Positions 1 to 9,741 of a DNA stretch of 64,000 nt are shown here, one piece after another (within the stretch, counting starts at the first letter, position 1; every line of letters starts with the position of its first letter). The notes under the pieces are model-generated. The model saw only the letters and a program-made list of their open reading frames with translations. It did no database searches and was not told where the DNA came from. This DNA comes from Candidatus Dojkabacteria bacterium (GTDB lineage: Bacteria; Patescibacteriota; Dojkabacteria; B142; OLB20), in assembly GCA_035444565.1 (NCBI GenBank), contig DAOMOX010000003.1, forward strand, positions 31,488 to 95,487, given 5' to 3'. The translations under genes and the position numbers were made by a program.

Positions 1-1818
1 CTTTCAGGTTAGACCCGAAGCCAGGTGATCTATCCATGAGCAGGTTGAACCACCTCGAAAGAGGTGGGGAGGACCGAACCCGTGAATGCTGCAAAATTCT
101 GGGATGACTTGTGGATTGGAGTGACACGCTAATCGTACTTGGTGATAGCTGGTTCTCCTCGAAACAGCTTTAGGGTTGGCCTCGGTCGGTAGCATATGGA
201 GGTAGAGCTCTGAATGAATCGCGGGTCCCGTTAGGGATACCGCATTCTCTCAAACTGCGAATGCCATATGTGGAACACCGGGAGTTAGACTACGGGAGAT
301 AAGTTCCGTTGGTCGAAAGGGAAACAGCCCAGACCATCAGTTAAGGTCCCTAAATATATGCTAAGTGGCAAAGGATGTGAAATTTCATAAACAGCCAGGA
401 GGTTTGCTTAGAGGCAGCCATCCTTTAAAGAGTGCGTAACAGCTCACTGGTCTAGAAGTTTTGCGCCTATAATGTAACGGGGCTCAAGCATATTACCGAA
501 ACTATGGATTTATTATCGTGAAGATAATAAGTGGTAGAGGAGCGTTGTATTCAGCAGTGAAGGTGAGCCGTAAGGCCAGCTGGAGCGGATACAAGTGAGA
601 ATGCAGGCATGAGTAGCGCAATTCCGGTGAAAACCCGGGACACCGAATATTCAAGGTTTCCTTGGCTATGTTAATCATCCAAGGGTTAGTCGGTCCTAAG
701 CCGAGGCAGAAGTGCGTAGGCGATGGACATCAGGTTAATATTCCTGAACCGCTTTTAAATCGTTATCAACTATGGGGTGACTGATTTGGAAATGTTTTTG
801 AGTCGATAGGTCGACTTTCAAGTAGTAAGTTAGTTCTGTTTGGTAAATCCGGCAGAATGTTTCCTCGATTCGTCGAGGATGGATGCGAGCTATTACGAGA
901 AGCTGAAATCTACGGATGGAAGCAACATAAACTATTCAGGTCACAAGAAAATCCTCTATGTGAGAGTTAAAGGCGACCGTACCGCAAACCGACACAGGTG
1001 AATTGGTAGAGTATACCAAGGTGATCGAGTAACCCCTTGTTAAGGAATTCGGCAAATTTATCCCGTATCTTTGGTAGAAGGGATGCCCACTATTATTCGT
1101 AATGGTGGGTCGCAGAGAAATAGCCCAATCGACTGTTTAACAAAAACACAGGTCCCTGCTAAAGCGCAAGCTGACGTATAGGGGCTGACGCCTGCCCAAT
1201 GTCAGAAGATTACGGAAGGAGGTTATCCCGCCCTCAGAACTCTTTATAGAGTCTTGAGGGCGGGAGAAGCTTCTGACCTAAGTCCTGATGAATGGCGGCT
1301 GTAACTATAACGGTCCTAAGGTAGCGAAGTTCCTCGGCGCTTAATAGGCGTCCCGCATGAAAGGCGTAACGAGTTGGGCACTGTCTCAACAGGGGACTCG
1401 GCGAACATTGAAATGGCTGTGAAGATGCGGCCTACCCGCACCAGGACAAAAAGACCCCGGGATCTTTACTGTAGCTTGGCATTGAAACAATGCTTTCATT
1501 GTAGAGTGTAGGAGGGAGACTTTGAAACCCGCTCGCCAGAGTGGGTGGAGTCGCCAATGTAACACCTCCCTTTGTGTGTGTTGTTTCTTATCCCAGCCCC
1601 TGATCGGGGTGGGAGACAGTGTTTGGTGGGCAGTTTGACTGGGGCGGTTTCTTACTAAAAAGTAACGTAAGATTCCAAAGGTCGACTCAAGCTGGATGGA
1701 AATCAGCTGTAGAGCATAATGGTATAAGTCGGCTTTACTGCAAGACTGACAGGTCGAGCAGTCACGAAAGTGGGGCATAGTGACCCTTAAGTAGCGTGTG
1801 GAAGCGCTTTTGTTTAAA

Positions 1819-1849
<31 letters not shown>

Positions 1850-1884
1850 GTCTTGCCCAAGCGTCCATAGCGACGGCAAGGTTC

Positions 1885-1915
<31 letters not shown>

Positions 1916-1929
1916 AGGTGGAGAAGCTT

Positions 1930-1978
<49 letters not shown>

Positions 1979-2182
1979 AACCGACGTGAGTCAGGTTGGT
2001 CTCTATCCGGTGTGGGCGTTAGAATTCTGAGGGATCCGACCTTCAGTACGAGAGGACCAAGGTGAAGTAACCTCTGGTGCACCAGTTGTTCCACCAGGAG
2101 CATAGCTGGGTAGCCAAGTTGCTATTAGGATAAACGCTGAAAGCATATAAGCGTGAAGCCACTCCCAAGATGAGAATTCTTC

Positions 2183-2515
2183 ATCCCGCCCTGAAAGTTT
2201 ATAAATATCAGAAATATTCCAGAATTGTTAATTAAAATATCTTATGATTTTTTATGTATATATTTTAAAATCTAAAAAATTAAATAAGCTATATTTCGGC
2301 TTTACCCCGAATTTATTGGTAAGAATAAATAAACATAATTCTGGTAAAAGTCTTTTTACTTCTAAAGCCAAAGATTGGCAACTATTATATGCCGAAATGT
2401 TTATTAATAAACAAGACGCAGTTAATAGGGAACAAACGTTAAAACAGTTTGGCGGATCTTATAGAAGTTTGAAAAAAAGACTAGAAAATACTTTTATAGA
2501 TTTTCAGGGCGGGAT
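2183..2515 (+). other. Insertion (IVS or expansion) in 23S helix 98, bounded by a perfect 14-bp inverted repeat (ATCCCGCCCTGAAA / TTTCAGGGCGGGAT) and containing a GIY-YIG ORF
   Basis: The 23S sequence stops after GAGATGAGAATTCTTC (equivalent to E. coli GAGATGAGTTCTCCC just before H98) and resumes at AAAAGACTCCCAGTAGACTACTGGGTTGATAGGC. The intervening 333 bp are AT-rich, unlike rRNA. The boundary repeats are exact reverse complements. Confidence 0.75.
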
Positions 2516-2531
2516 AAAAGACTCCCAGTAG
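2244..2531 (+). CDS. GIY-YIG nuclease-superfamily small protein (YhbQ/UPF0213-like), encoded inside the 23S rRNA insertion
   Basis: ATG start. N-terminal FYVYILKS...LYFGFTPNL..R...HNSGKS matches the GIY-YIG core (GIY..YIG, then Arg and a His/Asn-SGK segment). The ORF is 95 aa and its last 5 codons plus stop run into resumed 23S sequence. Confidence 0.65.
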   Translation: MIFYVYILKSKKLNKLYFGFTPNLLVRINKHNSGKSLFTSKAKDWQLLYAEMFINKQDAVNREQTLKQFGGSYRSLKKRLENTFIDFQGGIKDSQ

Positions 2532-2883
2532 ACTACTGGGTTGATAGGCTCTAGGTGTAAGCCCTGTAAGGGGTTTAGCCAAGGAGATACTAATAAGTCG
2601 TAACTTAAGGAAATTTTATTGAATGTTAATGCCTTCGTATTTTTTATGAGTACGATAAAGTTCTCGTTTTTACGAGAATAGGTAGGTGAATAACTTAGAC
2701 AACTAAACCTCCATGAATTAGAATAGTTCATCCCGCCCTCTGTAAAGGGCGGGATAAACTCTGGGCGAGAGCCCAGGGGACCAGACTACGTTTAAAAAAC
2801 TAAAAACGTTATGAAGTTGATAGGTCCCGGATTAAATCCGGGACACCAGACTCCGTAACAGAAAACAAGTTTTTTGAACGGAG

Positions 2884-2999
2884 TCTGGTGATTGTAGCGT
2901 AGTGGTCCCACCTCTTACCATCCCGAACAGAGAAGTGAAACACTATAGCGCCGAAGATACTCGACCGGCAACGGTCCGGGAAAATAGGTCGTCGCCAGA
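2884..2999 (+). rRNA. rrf: 5S rRNA
   Basis: TCTGGTGATTGTAGCG...CCCACCTCTTACCATCCCGAACAGAGAAGTGAAAC...GGTCGTCGCCAGAA. It has a CCGAAC loop, a GGTCGTCGCCAG 3' region, and helix I pairing of TCTGGTGAT with GTCGCCAGA. A processing stem (CCAGACTCCGT...ACGGAGTCTGG) overlaps the 5' end. Confidence 0.85.
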
Positions 3000-3002
3000 A
3001 CA

Positions 3003-3033
3003 ATCCCGCCCTCAGAAATGAGGGCGGTTTTGC
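3003..3033 (+). terminator. Rho-independent terminator of the rRNA operon
   Basis: CCGCCCTCA-GAAAT-GAGGGCGG followed by TTTTGCGTTT. A GC-rich stem plus U-tract sits directly after the 5S gene. Confidence 0.75.
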
Positions 3034-3327
3034 GTTTAAAAACAGGAGATTTTAAGTACAACTAAACTGAGGGCGGGATAGGTTGCAAAAAATTAGGTCA
3101 ACTGTCCTTTGTTATCTCTATCCACTAAATCAAAATACTCCCACTAGATCTATGTTTCGGTAGGTCGGGAAGTATTTGCGAAAATAAATACAACTAAATC
3201 TTTCAATTAACATTAATCTCTCGCTATATTTATAATTAATCTCTATAATTTATTAGATTTATTGAAACAATTTTAGTTTGTAAAGAAATTCTATTTTATC
3301 TAGAATATAGTAGTTATAATAAAAAAA

Positions 3328-3636
3328 ATGAATGATACTGCCTATCAATCCAAATTAGACCCTACAGAAGCCTTATTAAGGATAGTCCACGGAGATACAA
3401 AAGACCTCCACATTCCCCACAAATCAATTGTCACCGGAAAAAAGATTAGAAATTCTATACTTCGAAAATTTGTAGAAAAATATAGAAGCTTGAATAAACT
3501 CACCGACAAACAGCTTATCGATGTTATAATGTCATTTGACGAGGTAGTTGAAAAGGAATTATTGACTGATGATTTATTAGAAAAAATCAGAAAAGACCCG
3601 TCAATATTGCAAAAATTTAATTCTAAAAAGAAATAG
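3328..3636 (+). CDS. Hypothetical small charged protein (102 aa)
   Basis: ORF with ATG start on the coding strand of the downstream genes. I recognise no motif. Confidence 0.4.
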   Translation: MNDTAYQSKLDPTEALLRIVHGDTKDLHIPHKSIVTGKKIRNSILRKFVEKYRSLNKLTDKQLIDVIMSFDEVVEKELLTDDLLEKIRKDPSILQKFNSKKK

Positions 3637-3638
3637 AT

Positions 3639-5156
3639 ATGGCAAGTGACGATCAAAAAGAATTCATGCCAGATTTGACCGGAGCAGAAAATGTTGAGTT
3701 GCCTGATCCAGAATCAGCAGCTATAAGTGCAATCGTTGAGGAATTACCTGAAGGGACAGACGTTGGAATAGTCGGAGATTTAGCTTTTACTGCTGAACAA
3801 GGAGATGAAGAATTACCAACAACAGCCTCAACTCAAATCGAGGCTGGAGGGAAGGCCATAGATGTTGCACCACAACTTAATACAAATCAAAGAGTTAAAT
3901 CAACAGAAGATGCCGTTACTGCTGGCCAAGAAGCAAGACTTGCTGAGGAACAAGAGAGTTTCGCATCGGTAGATGACGGAGGGGGAAAAGAAACACCAGA
4001 CGGGGCACCAGCACCAGACGGGGCACCAGCACCAGACGGAGCACCAGCACCAGACGGAGCACCAGCACCAGATGGAGCACCTGCACCAGACGGGGCACCA
4101 GCACCAGACGGGGCACCAGCACCAGACGGGGCACCAGCACCAGATGGAGCGCCAGCACCAGATGGAGCACCTGCACCAGACGGGGCACCAGCACCAGACG
4201 GAGCACCAGCACCAACTGTGGCTGAACAAATTGACATCATACCAACCCCTCCAGCAGGTCCACCTCCGTCACCAGAAATTACACTTTTGGAGAACGAGTT
4301 AGCAGAGACGATTGATTACAGAAAAGGGGCAGGTAGATTACTAGAATTAATAAAAGATGGAAAAGTTACGCTTGAAGAAGCTGAAAAGCACGTAGGTACA
4401 ATGACTGCTGGCACTGAAAGAAAGAGAATATTTACGGAGGCTTTATCGCCGTTAGTAGCAGCGAAAGAATTCAATGACAAGGCAATAAAGGCTACAACTG
4501 TTGAAGGGATGCTTGCAGAAGTTGATAAACTTCTTAAAGATGATAGACTTTCACCTCTTGAGGCCCGATCGTTAAGGGCTGCAATAAAGGAAAAGAAAAT
4601 TGCTGTTACTAGGAATAAAGCATTGATGGTAGAGGAGAAGGCTGATATAGAAGCATCCAAAAAGTTGGCTGATGCGAGTATTAATGCTCAGAAATTAAAT
4701 AAACTAGTATTTGGGTTGAGGACGTTCGCACCAGGTATTGGGATTGCGACACTTGGTGCTGTAGTTGGTGTTTATTCAGGTAATTGGGCTCTCGCAGGTG
4801 GAATTGCAGGATTAGGTGCTGGGGTTGCTCTGTTCAGTGGAGTATCCAAGAAATGGAATCTTAGAAGTAGTGAAATCGAAAAGGCAATCCAGAATATTAA
4901 AACTGAACAATCTAGGCAATTATTAAATTACCAAAATAGACTTGCTGAAGCAAATACTCAAGTTGTCCATGGAATACGAGGAATTGCTGAAGCTACCGTG
5001 CAGATTTTTGCCGCTAAATATCCTAAACCACAAGGTATGTCTATGGATGAATATAAGGGGATTATTAGACAACAAATTAACTCTGCCAATACTGGGCAGC
5101 TGGAAGATGCGGTGAAGGCTGTAGACTTTGCATTATCTACATCATCAGATGATTAA
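3639..5156 (+). CDS. Hypothetical repeat protein: acidic low-complexity N-terminus, 12 x (DGAPAP), a proline-rich linker, a coiled/charged region, and a glycine-zipper transmembrane hairpin near the C-terminus
   Basis: 505-aa ORF. The codon-level 18-nt tandem repeat is in-frame. The segment FAPGIGIATLGAVVGVYSGNWALAGGIAGLGAGVALFSGV is a GxxxG-rich membrane segment. No homolog recognised. Confidence 0.6.
   Translation: MASDDQKEFMPDLTGAENVELPDPESAAISAIVEELPEGTDVGIVGDLAFTAEQGDEELPTTASTQIEAGGKAIDVAPQLNTNQRVKSTEDAVTAGQEARLAEEQESFASVDDGGGKETPDGAPAPDGAPAPDGAPAPDGAPAPDGAPAPDGAPAPDGAPAPDGAPAPDGAPAPDGAPAPDGAPAPDGAPAPTVAEQIDIIPTPPAGPPPSPEITLLENELAETIDYRKGAGRLLELIKDGKVTLEEAEKHVGTMTAGTERKRIFTEALSPLVAAKEFNDKAIKATTVEGMLAEVDKLLKDDRLSPLEARSLRAAIKEKKIAVTRNKALMVEEKADIEASKKLADASINAQKLNKLVFGLRTFAPGIGIATLGAVVGVYSGNWALAGGIAGLGAGVALFSGVSKKWNLRSSEIEKAIQNIKTEQSRQLLNYQNRLAEANTQVVHGIRGIAEATVQIFAAKYPKPQGMSMDEYKGIIRQQINSANTGQLEDAVKAVDFALSTSSDD
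3996..4211 (+). repeat. 12 tandem copies of an 18-bp unit (CCAGACGG[GA]GCACCAGCA), encoding (PDGAPA)n
   Basis: Direct reading. Third-position variants (gggg/ggag, gacgg/gatgg) show near-identical units. This repeat generates the spurious antisense ORFs at 3887-4302. Confidence 0.95.
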
Positions 5157-5175
5157 ATTTTAAAGAAATAATTTC

Positions 5176-5769
5176 ATGAAGAATTACTACATTGATAAGA
5201 AAATACTAAGTATCCTTTTTAAGATTTCTGATGATGACTTGCTAGAGGAAACTAATTTATTATTTTCTGATATTCTTCTAAGATTTACGGAAGGTCTTGC
5301 AAGAGAATTTCTTACTGAGAAAAATATCAGCGAAGTCGAAATTAATGAGTATTTAGACAATTTGGAATCCGAAAACCCCAGTATCAAAGAATTATTAGCC
5401 TCACAAGAATTTATAACTAAGTTAGTAAGGTCTAGAAACGAATTCTTGAAGAAAATTTATGATACATATCTTCCAGAGGTTTCAGAAGAAGGGAAGAGAG
5501 AATTAGAATCGTATATAGAGTTATTAGAGCTAGATAATAAAGGACAAATAGATAATATGAGAATGGTATTAGATTTAAATCAAAGGAAGGATAAATTTAT
5601 ACAAGAAGGAACATTAACCAAAGAAAGTTTCGATCAAATAATCGACGAGGAGATCAACAAGTTAGATAACACGGACGAAACCCAGACCCCAGAGGCCACC
5701 GATGCAAATCAACCTGTGCAGTCAGCTCCGTCTGACTCTCAAAATGTACCAACCCAAGTATCACAATAA
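5176..5769 (+). CDS. Hypothetical acidic protein (197 aa)
   Basis: ORF 19 nt after the preceding gene, with an E/D-rich low-complexity C-terminus. No recognisable domain. Confidence 0.45.
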   Translation: MKNYYIDKKILSILFKISDDDLLEETNLLFSDILLRFTEGLAREFLTEKNISEVEINEYLDNLESENPSIKELLASQEFITKLVRSRNEFLKKIYDTYLPEVSEEGKRELESYIELLELDNKGQIDNMRMVLDLNQRKDKFIQEGTLTKESFDQIIDEEINKLDNTDETQTPEATDANQPVQSAPSDSQNVPTQVSQ

Positions 5770-5889
5770 TTGTTGATATTGTAGATTGTAATTTCTGTGT
5801 GTTATAATTACCCCAGAAAGCGCTAGGCTCTTCTTTTTGTATCAGTCGATGATAAAGAGGAAAATCCAAAAGCATAGCGGAAATTCATA

Positions 5890-7119
5890 ATGAAAAGCGA
5901 GAAAAACCAAATCCAGACTAAACTGGATACCTATTTGGAAGGACTTACAGAACCTCCAAAAACATTCAAACGAGGAGAAATCATCACCGGCAATATTGTC
6001 AAAATATTAAAAGGTGAAATCTTGGTTGATGTTGGTGGTAGGGCAGAAGGAGTCGTTTCAGGTAGAGAGACCAAATTAGAAGGTGAAAAACCAAACTTCA
6101 AAGAAGGAGATGAAATTCTAGTTTACGTAATCAAAGGTGAAAACGAACTAGGACAAATCGAACTTTCCATTCGCAGAACAGGTACAGCACGTAAATGGTT
6201 CATGCTCTCAAAAGCAGAAACCAGCGATGAGGCTGTCACTGTCACTGTCATCGAAGCAAACACAGGAGGTGTTATCGTAGACATCGGTGGAGGACTTCGT
6301 GGTTTTGTACCTACATCACAGCTCGAACATTCACGAATCTATCCTCTTGGTGGATACTCCAATAAAAAAGACGCTGACAAAGAACTGCAAACAAAACTTG
6401 CAGAACTTATCGGCCAGGAATTGGATGTAAAAGTCATCGAGATAGATCGCGAAAAGAACAGAGTCATCTTCTCCGAGAAGAAAGTCACCAATGCAGGTGA
6501 ACTCGATAAACGAGCAGAAACTCTTGTCCGTGTGAAAGTTGGCGATGCACTCGAAGGTGAAATCACCGGTATTGCACCATTCGGTCTTTTTGTAAATGCA
6601 GAAGGACTAGAAGGTTTGGTTCATTTGTCCGAAATATCATGGGATAAAGTTGTTAATCCAGCTGACTTCCATAATGTCGGAGACAAAGTCAAAGTCCAAA
6701 TCATCGGAATAGAAGACGGTGGTAAAAGAGTCGCTTACTCGATTAAAAGACTACTAGAAGATCCATGGGATCAAATAGTGAAAGACTACAAAGTTGGTCA
6801 GAGAGTTAGTGGTGAAATTACCAAGATTGTTGACTATGGAGCTTTCGTCAGAATCGGAGACGGTTTAAATGGATTAGTTCATATTTCTGAACTTTCCGAC
6901 AAATTGGTCCGAAATCCTGAGAAGATTGTCGAAATGGGCAAAACCTACGAACTTGAGATTATTTCTATCTCCAAAGAAGAAAGACATCTAGGATTGAGTT
7001 TGAAAAGAGCTCAATCAGAATCTTCAGAGAAAGTTTCTACAAAAAAGAAAACAAGTAAAAAAGATGATGACTCATCACTCGAACTTGAGAGATTAAATGA
7101 ATTCTTAGGGGAAGAGTAA
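5890..7119 (+). CDS. rpsA: 30S ribosomal protein S1 (four S1 domains)
   Basis: Repeated S1-domain signatures: GEIITGNIVKI...VDVGG, GEITGIAPFGLFVNAEGLEGLVHLSEIS, and GEITKIVDYGAFVRIGDGLNGLVHISELS. Confidence 0.85.
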   Translation: MKSEKNQIQTKLDTYLEGLTEPPKTFKRGEIITGNIVKILKGEILVDVGGRAEGVVSGRETKLEGEKPNFKEGDEILVYVIKGENELGQIELSIRRTGTARKWFMLSKAETSDEAVTVTVIEANTGGVIVDIGGGLRGFVPTSQLEHSRIYPLGGYSNKKDADKELQTKLAELIGQELDVKVIEIDREKNRVIFSEKKVTNAGELDKRAETLVRVKVGDALEGEITGIAPFGLFVNAEGLEGLVHLSEISWDKVVNPADFHNVGDKVKVQIIGIEDGGKRVAYSIKRLLEDPWDQIVKDYKVGQRVSGEITKIVDYGAFVRIGDGLNGLVHISELSDKLVRNPEKIVEMGKTYELEIISISKEERHLGLSLKRAQSESSEKVSTKKKTSKKDDDSSLELERLNEFLGEE

Positions 7120-7140
7120 TAAGCCGTTAAAACAACTTAA

Positions 7141-7187
7141 ACGAGGGGCTGTATACAGAATGTACTCAGTCTCTCGTTTTTTTGTTA
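7141..7187 (+). terminator. Rho-independent terminator after rpsA
   Basis: AACGAGGGGCTG...CAGTCTCTCGTT stem followed by TTTTTTGTT. Confidence 0.55.
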
Positions 7188-7246
7188 CAAGTTGATTTGT
7201 TCAATATGTTAAGATTAAGTAACCTTATTTTGAGACCGTAATTTCT

Positions 7247-9736
7247 ATGAAAAATCAGGAATCCGTAAATGACAACATTAAAAACTTATCCAGATTGACT
7301 CGAAATCTTACGAAAGTTTTATTAAATTCATTTGAACTCGCTAGAAGAAAAGGTGCGAAGGAAATTTCCGCGACAGAGATATTTACCTCAATCCTTTCAA
7401 ATACTAATTGTATAGCAAGTAGATTATTAATAAGGCTTGGTATGGACATTGATGCCACCAAAGCATCTCTTGAAGAAAATTATACATCGAACGAAATTAT
7501 TAACTTCGCCCCAGAACTTGGTGAAAATGCGAGGCATCTATTAACTAGAAGTTTTCTTATTGCGAGTGAGCTTGGGCATGTTTATGTAGGAACAGAGCAT
7601 ATGCTACTTGCCATACTGCAGGAGGAGGATTTGGAATTTGTGAAAGAACTTTCTGCGAATGGGTTAACATACGAGTTTGTAAAAGGTGCAATGTTGAACT
7701 TCGGAGTTTATCAGCCAGGGGTATTCGCAGATAGCGATGAAAAACTCGAAGATGAAGAGAAACAAGAGAATATATACTTCTTCGCTCGCGATATGAACAA
7801 ACTGGCCCAAGAAGGAAGATATTTGAAGGTTTGGGGAAGAGATGAGGAAATAGAGAGGATGATTCATATTTTGTCACGAAAAACAAAGAACAATCCAATT
7901 ATAGTTGGCGAAGCCGGAGTGGGAAAAACTGCGATAGTTGAGGGATTAGTGCAGAGAATACTCGAAGGAAAAGTTCCATCATCGTTTAGAAATAAAACAA
8001 TTATTCAATTGGACTTATCAGCGATTTTGGCTGGTAGCAAGATTCGTGGAGATGTTGAGGAAAGACTTTTATCAATTATAGATGACTTGGCACAGCATCC
8101 TGATTGGATTGTGTTCATAGATGAAATCCATATGATAGTAGGAGCTGGAGCTGCTGGCTCTGGTGGATCTATGGACATCGCAAATATGCTTAAACCCCAT
8201 TTAACAAGCGGGGATATTAGAGTAATTGGTGCTACAACTTATGACGAATTTCAGAAACATATTGAGGATGACCCAGCTCTGGAAAGACGTTTCCAACCTG
8301 TGATGGTTGATGAGTTATCTGCCGAGGATTCGAAGAAAGTCTTGAAATTATTGAGACCTGCCTTCGAAAAATTCCATGGAGTAAAGATTACAGATGAAGC
8401 ATTAGAGGAAGCAGTCGAATTATCAAGTCGCTACATTACAAATAAATACTTACCAGACAAGGCAATCGATGTGCTCGATGAAGCCACAGCAGGAAAGAGA
8501 ATTAGTGCGGAAAAGACAGGAACAAATATTTTGGACATAAAAAAGGAATTAAATTCAGTGAAAAGTCTTAAAGATAAAGCATTGGACAAAGGAGATATTG
8601 GCAGTGCAGTTAAACAGAGGCAAGACGAGGTAGCTTTAGAGAAAAAAATGAGTCAGGTAAATAAAACATCTAAGAAAAAGGTAAATAATAAATTAAAAAT
8701 TGAAGTAGAGGATATTAGGAAAGTTATATCTAGATGGAGCAAAATCCCCGTTGTGACAATGAAAAGTGATGACTACAAGAAATTAGTAGAGTTGGAAAAA
8801 AATCTTGAAAAGAGAATAGTAGGTCAAAATGAAGGTATTAATAAAATTTCTTCGGTTTTAAAAAGAGCCAGACTAGGATTGTCATATGAGAAAAGGCCGA
8901 TGGCTTCGTTTCTGTTCCTAGGACCTACAGGAGTGGGTAAAACTGAAACAGCAAAAGAAATTGCTAGAACGTATTTTGGTGATGAAAAAGCCCTTATCCA
9001 AGTTGATATGAGCGAGTATATGGAACAACACAGTGTTTCGAAATTAATCGGCTCTCCACCAGGGTATGTAGGTTTTCAAGAAGGTGGACAGTTAACCGAG
9101 AAAATCCGAAGAAGACCATATTCTGTTGTATTGTTTGATGAGATCGAGAAAGCCCACCCAGACTTGTTAAACATAATGCTACAGATTTTAGATGAGGGGT
9201 CTTTACAGGACGCAAAAGGTAGAAAGATAAATTTCAAAAATACTATCATCATCATGACATCAAATATCGGTGCTTCTGAAATTGGGAAAGATGATGTATT
9301 AGGATTTGGAGTAGATGATTCTGGACAGACAGATGAAAAGGTAGACAAGGCTTTCGAGCAGATGCGCGAGACATTAATGAGAGAGTTAAAAGATGAACTT
9401 CCTCCAGAATTTCTTAATAGAATCGATGATATAATCATTTTTAGAGGTCTAGATTTGGGCGATGTTCGTAAAATCACAAAGATCCTTGTTGATGAGCTCA
9501 ATCAAAGGCTTAAAGAGAAAGGTATACAAGTTGCTGTCACTCAATCTGCAGTTAAACACATTGCAGAAGCTGGTTATGATAGTGAATATGGAGCTAGAAA
9601 CGTAAGGCGTAAAATTCAGGAGTTGGTTGAAAATCCATTGGCAGATTACATTCTCGAAAACAGCATTAAACCAGACGGAAGTAGGCAAATTATCGTAAAG
9701 CTCGAAAAAGGCAAGTCGGGTTTAGTTTTAAAATAA
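7247..9736 (+). CDS. clpC: Clp/Hsp100 AAA+ chaperone, ClpC-type (Clp_N domain plus two AAA modules and a short middle domain)
   Basis: Clp N-terminal repeats. Walker A of D1 reads GEAGVGKTAIVEGL and of D2 reads GPTGVGKTETAKEIA. The sensor/ClpB_D2-small region contains GARNVRR. Length is 829 aa. Confidence 0.85.
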   Translation: MKNQESVNDNIKNLSRLTRNLTKVLLNSFELARRKGAKEISATEIFTSILSNTNCIASRLLIRLGMDIDATKASLEENYTSNEIINFAPELGENARHLLTRSFLIASELGHVYVGTEHMLLAILQEEDLEFVKELSANGLTYEFVKGAMLNFGVYQPGVFADSDEKLEDEEKQENIYFFARDMNKLAQEGRYLKVWGRDEEIERMIHILSRKTKNNPIIVGEAGVGKTAIVEGLVQRILEGKVPSSFRNKTIIQLDLSAILAGSKIRGDVEERLLSIIDDLAQHPDWIVFIDEIHMIVGAGAAGSGGSMDIANMLKPHLTSGDIRVIGATTYDEFQKHIEDDPALERRFQPVMVDELSAEDSKKVLKLLRPAFEKFHGVKITDEALEEAVELSSRYITNKYLPDKAIDVLDEATAGKRISAEKTGTNILDIKKELNSVKSLKDKALDKGDIGSAVKQRQDEVALEKKMSQVNKTSKKKVNNKLKIEVEDIRKVISRWSKIPVVTMKSDDYKKLVELEKNLEKRIVGQNEGINKISSVLKRARLGLSYEKRPMASFLFLGPTGVGKTETAKEIARTYFGDEKALIQVDMSEYMEQHSVSKLIGSPPGYVGFQEGGQLTEKIRRRPYSVVLFDEIEKAHPDLLNIMLQILDEGSLQDAKGRKINFKNTIIIMTSNIGASEIGKDDVLGFGVDDSGQTDEKVDKAFEQMRETLMRELKDELPPEFLNRIDDIIIFRGLDLGDVRKITKILVDELNQRLKEKGIQVAVTQSAVKHIAEAGYDSEYGARNVRRKIQELVENPLADYILENSIKPDGSRQIIVKLEKGKSGLVLK

Positions 9737-9741
9737 CTTAA

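Noticed and set aside
3887-4302. Four ORFs on both strands over the (DGAPAP)n block, including a His/Gln-rich one and Trp/Cys-rich ones
   Set aside because: An 18-bp perfect tandem repeat stays open in all frames. Only the frame that continues into the flanking 505-aa protein is credible.
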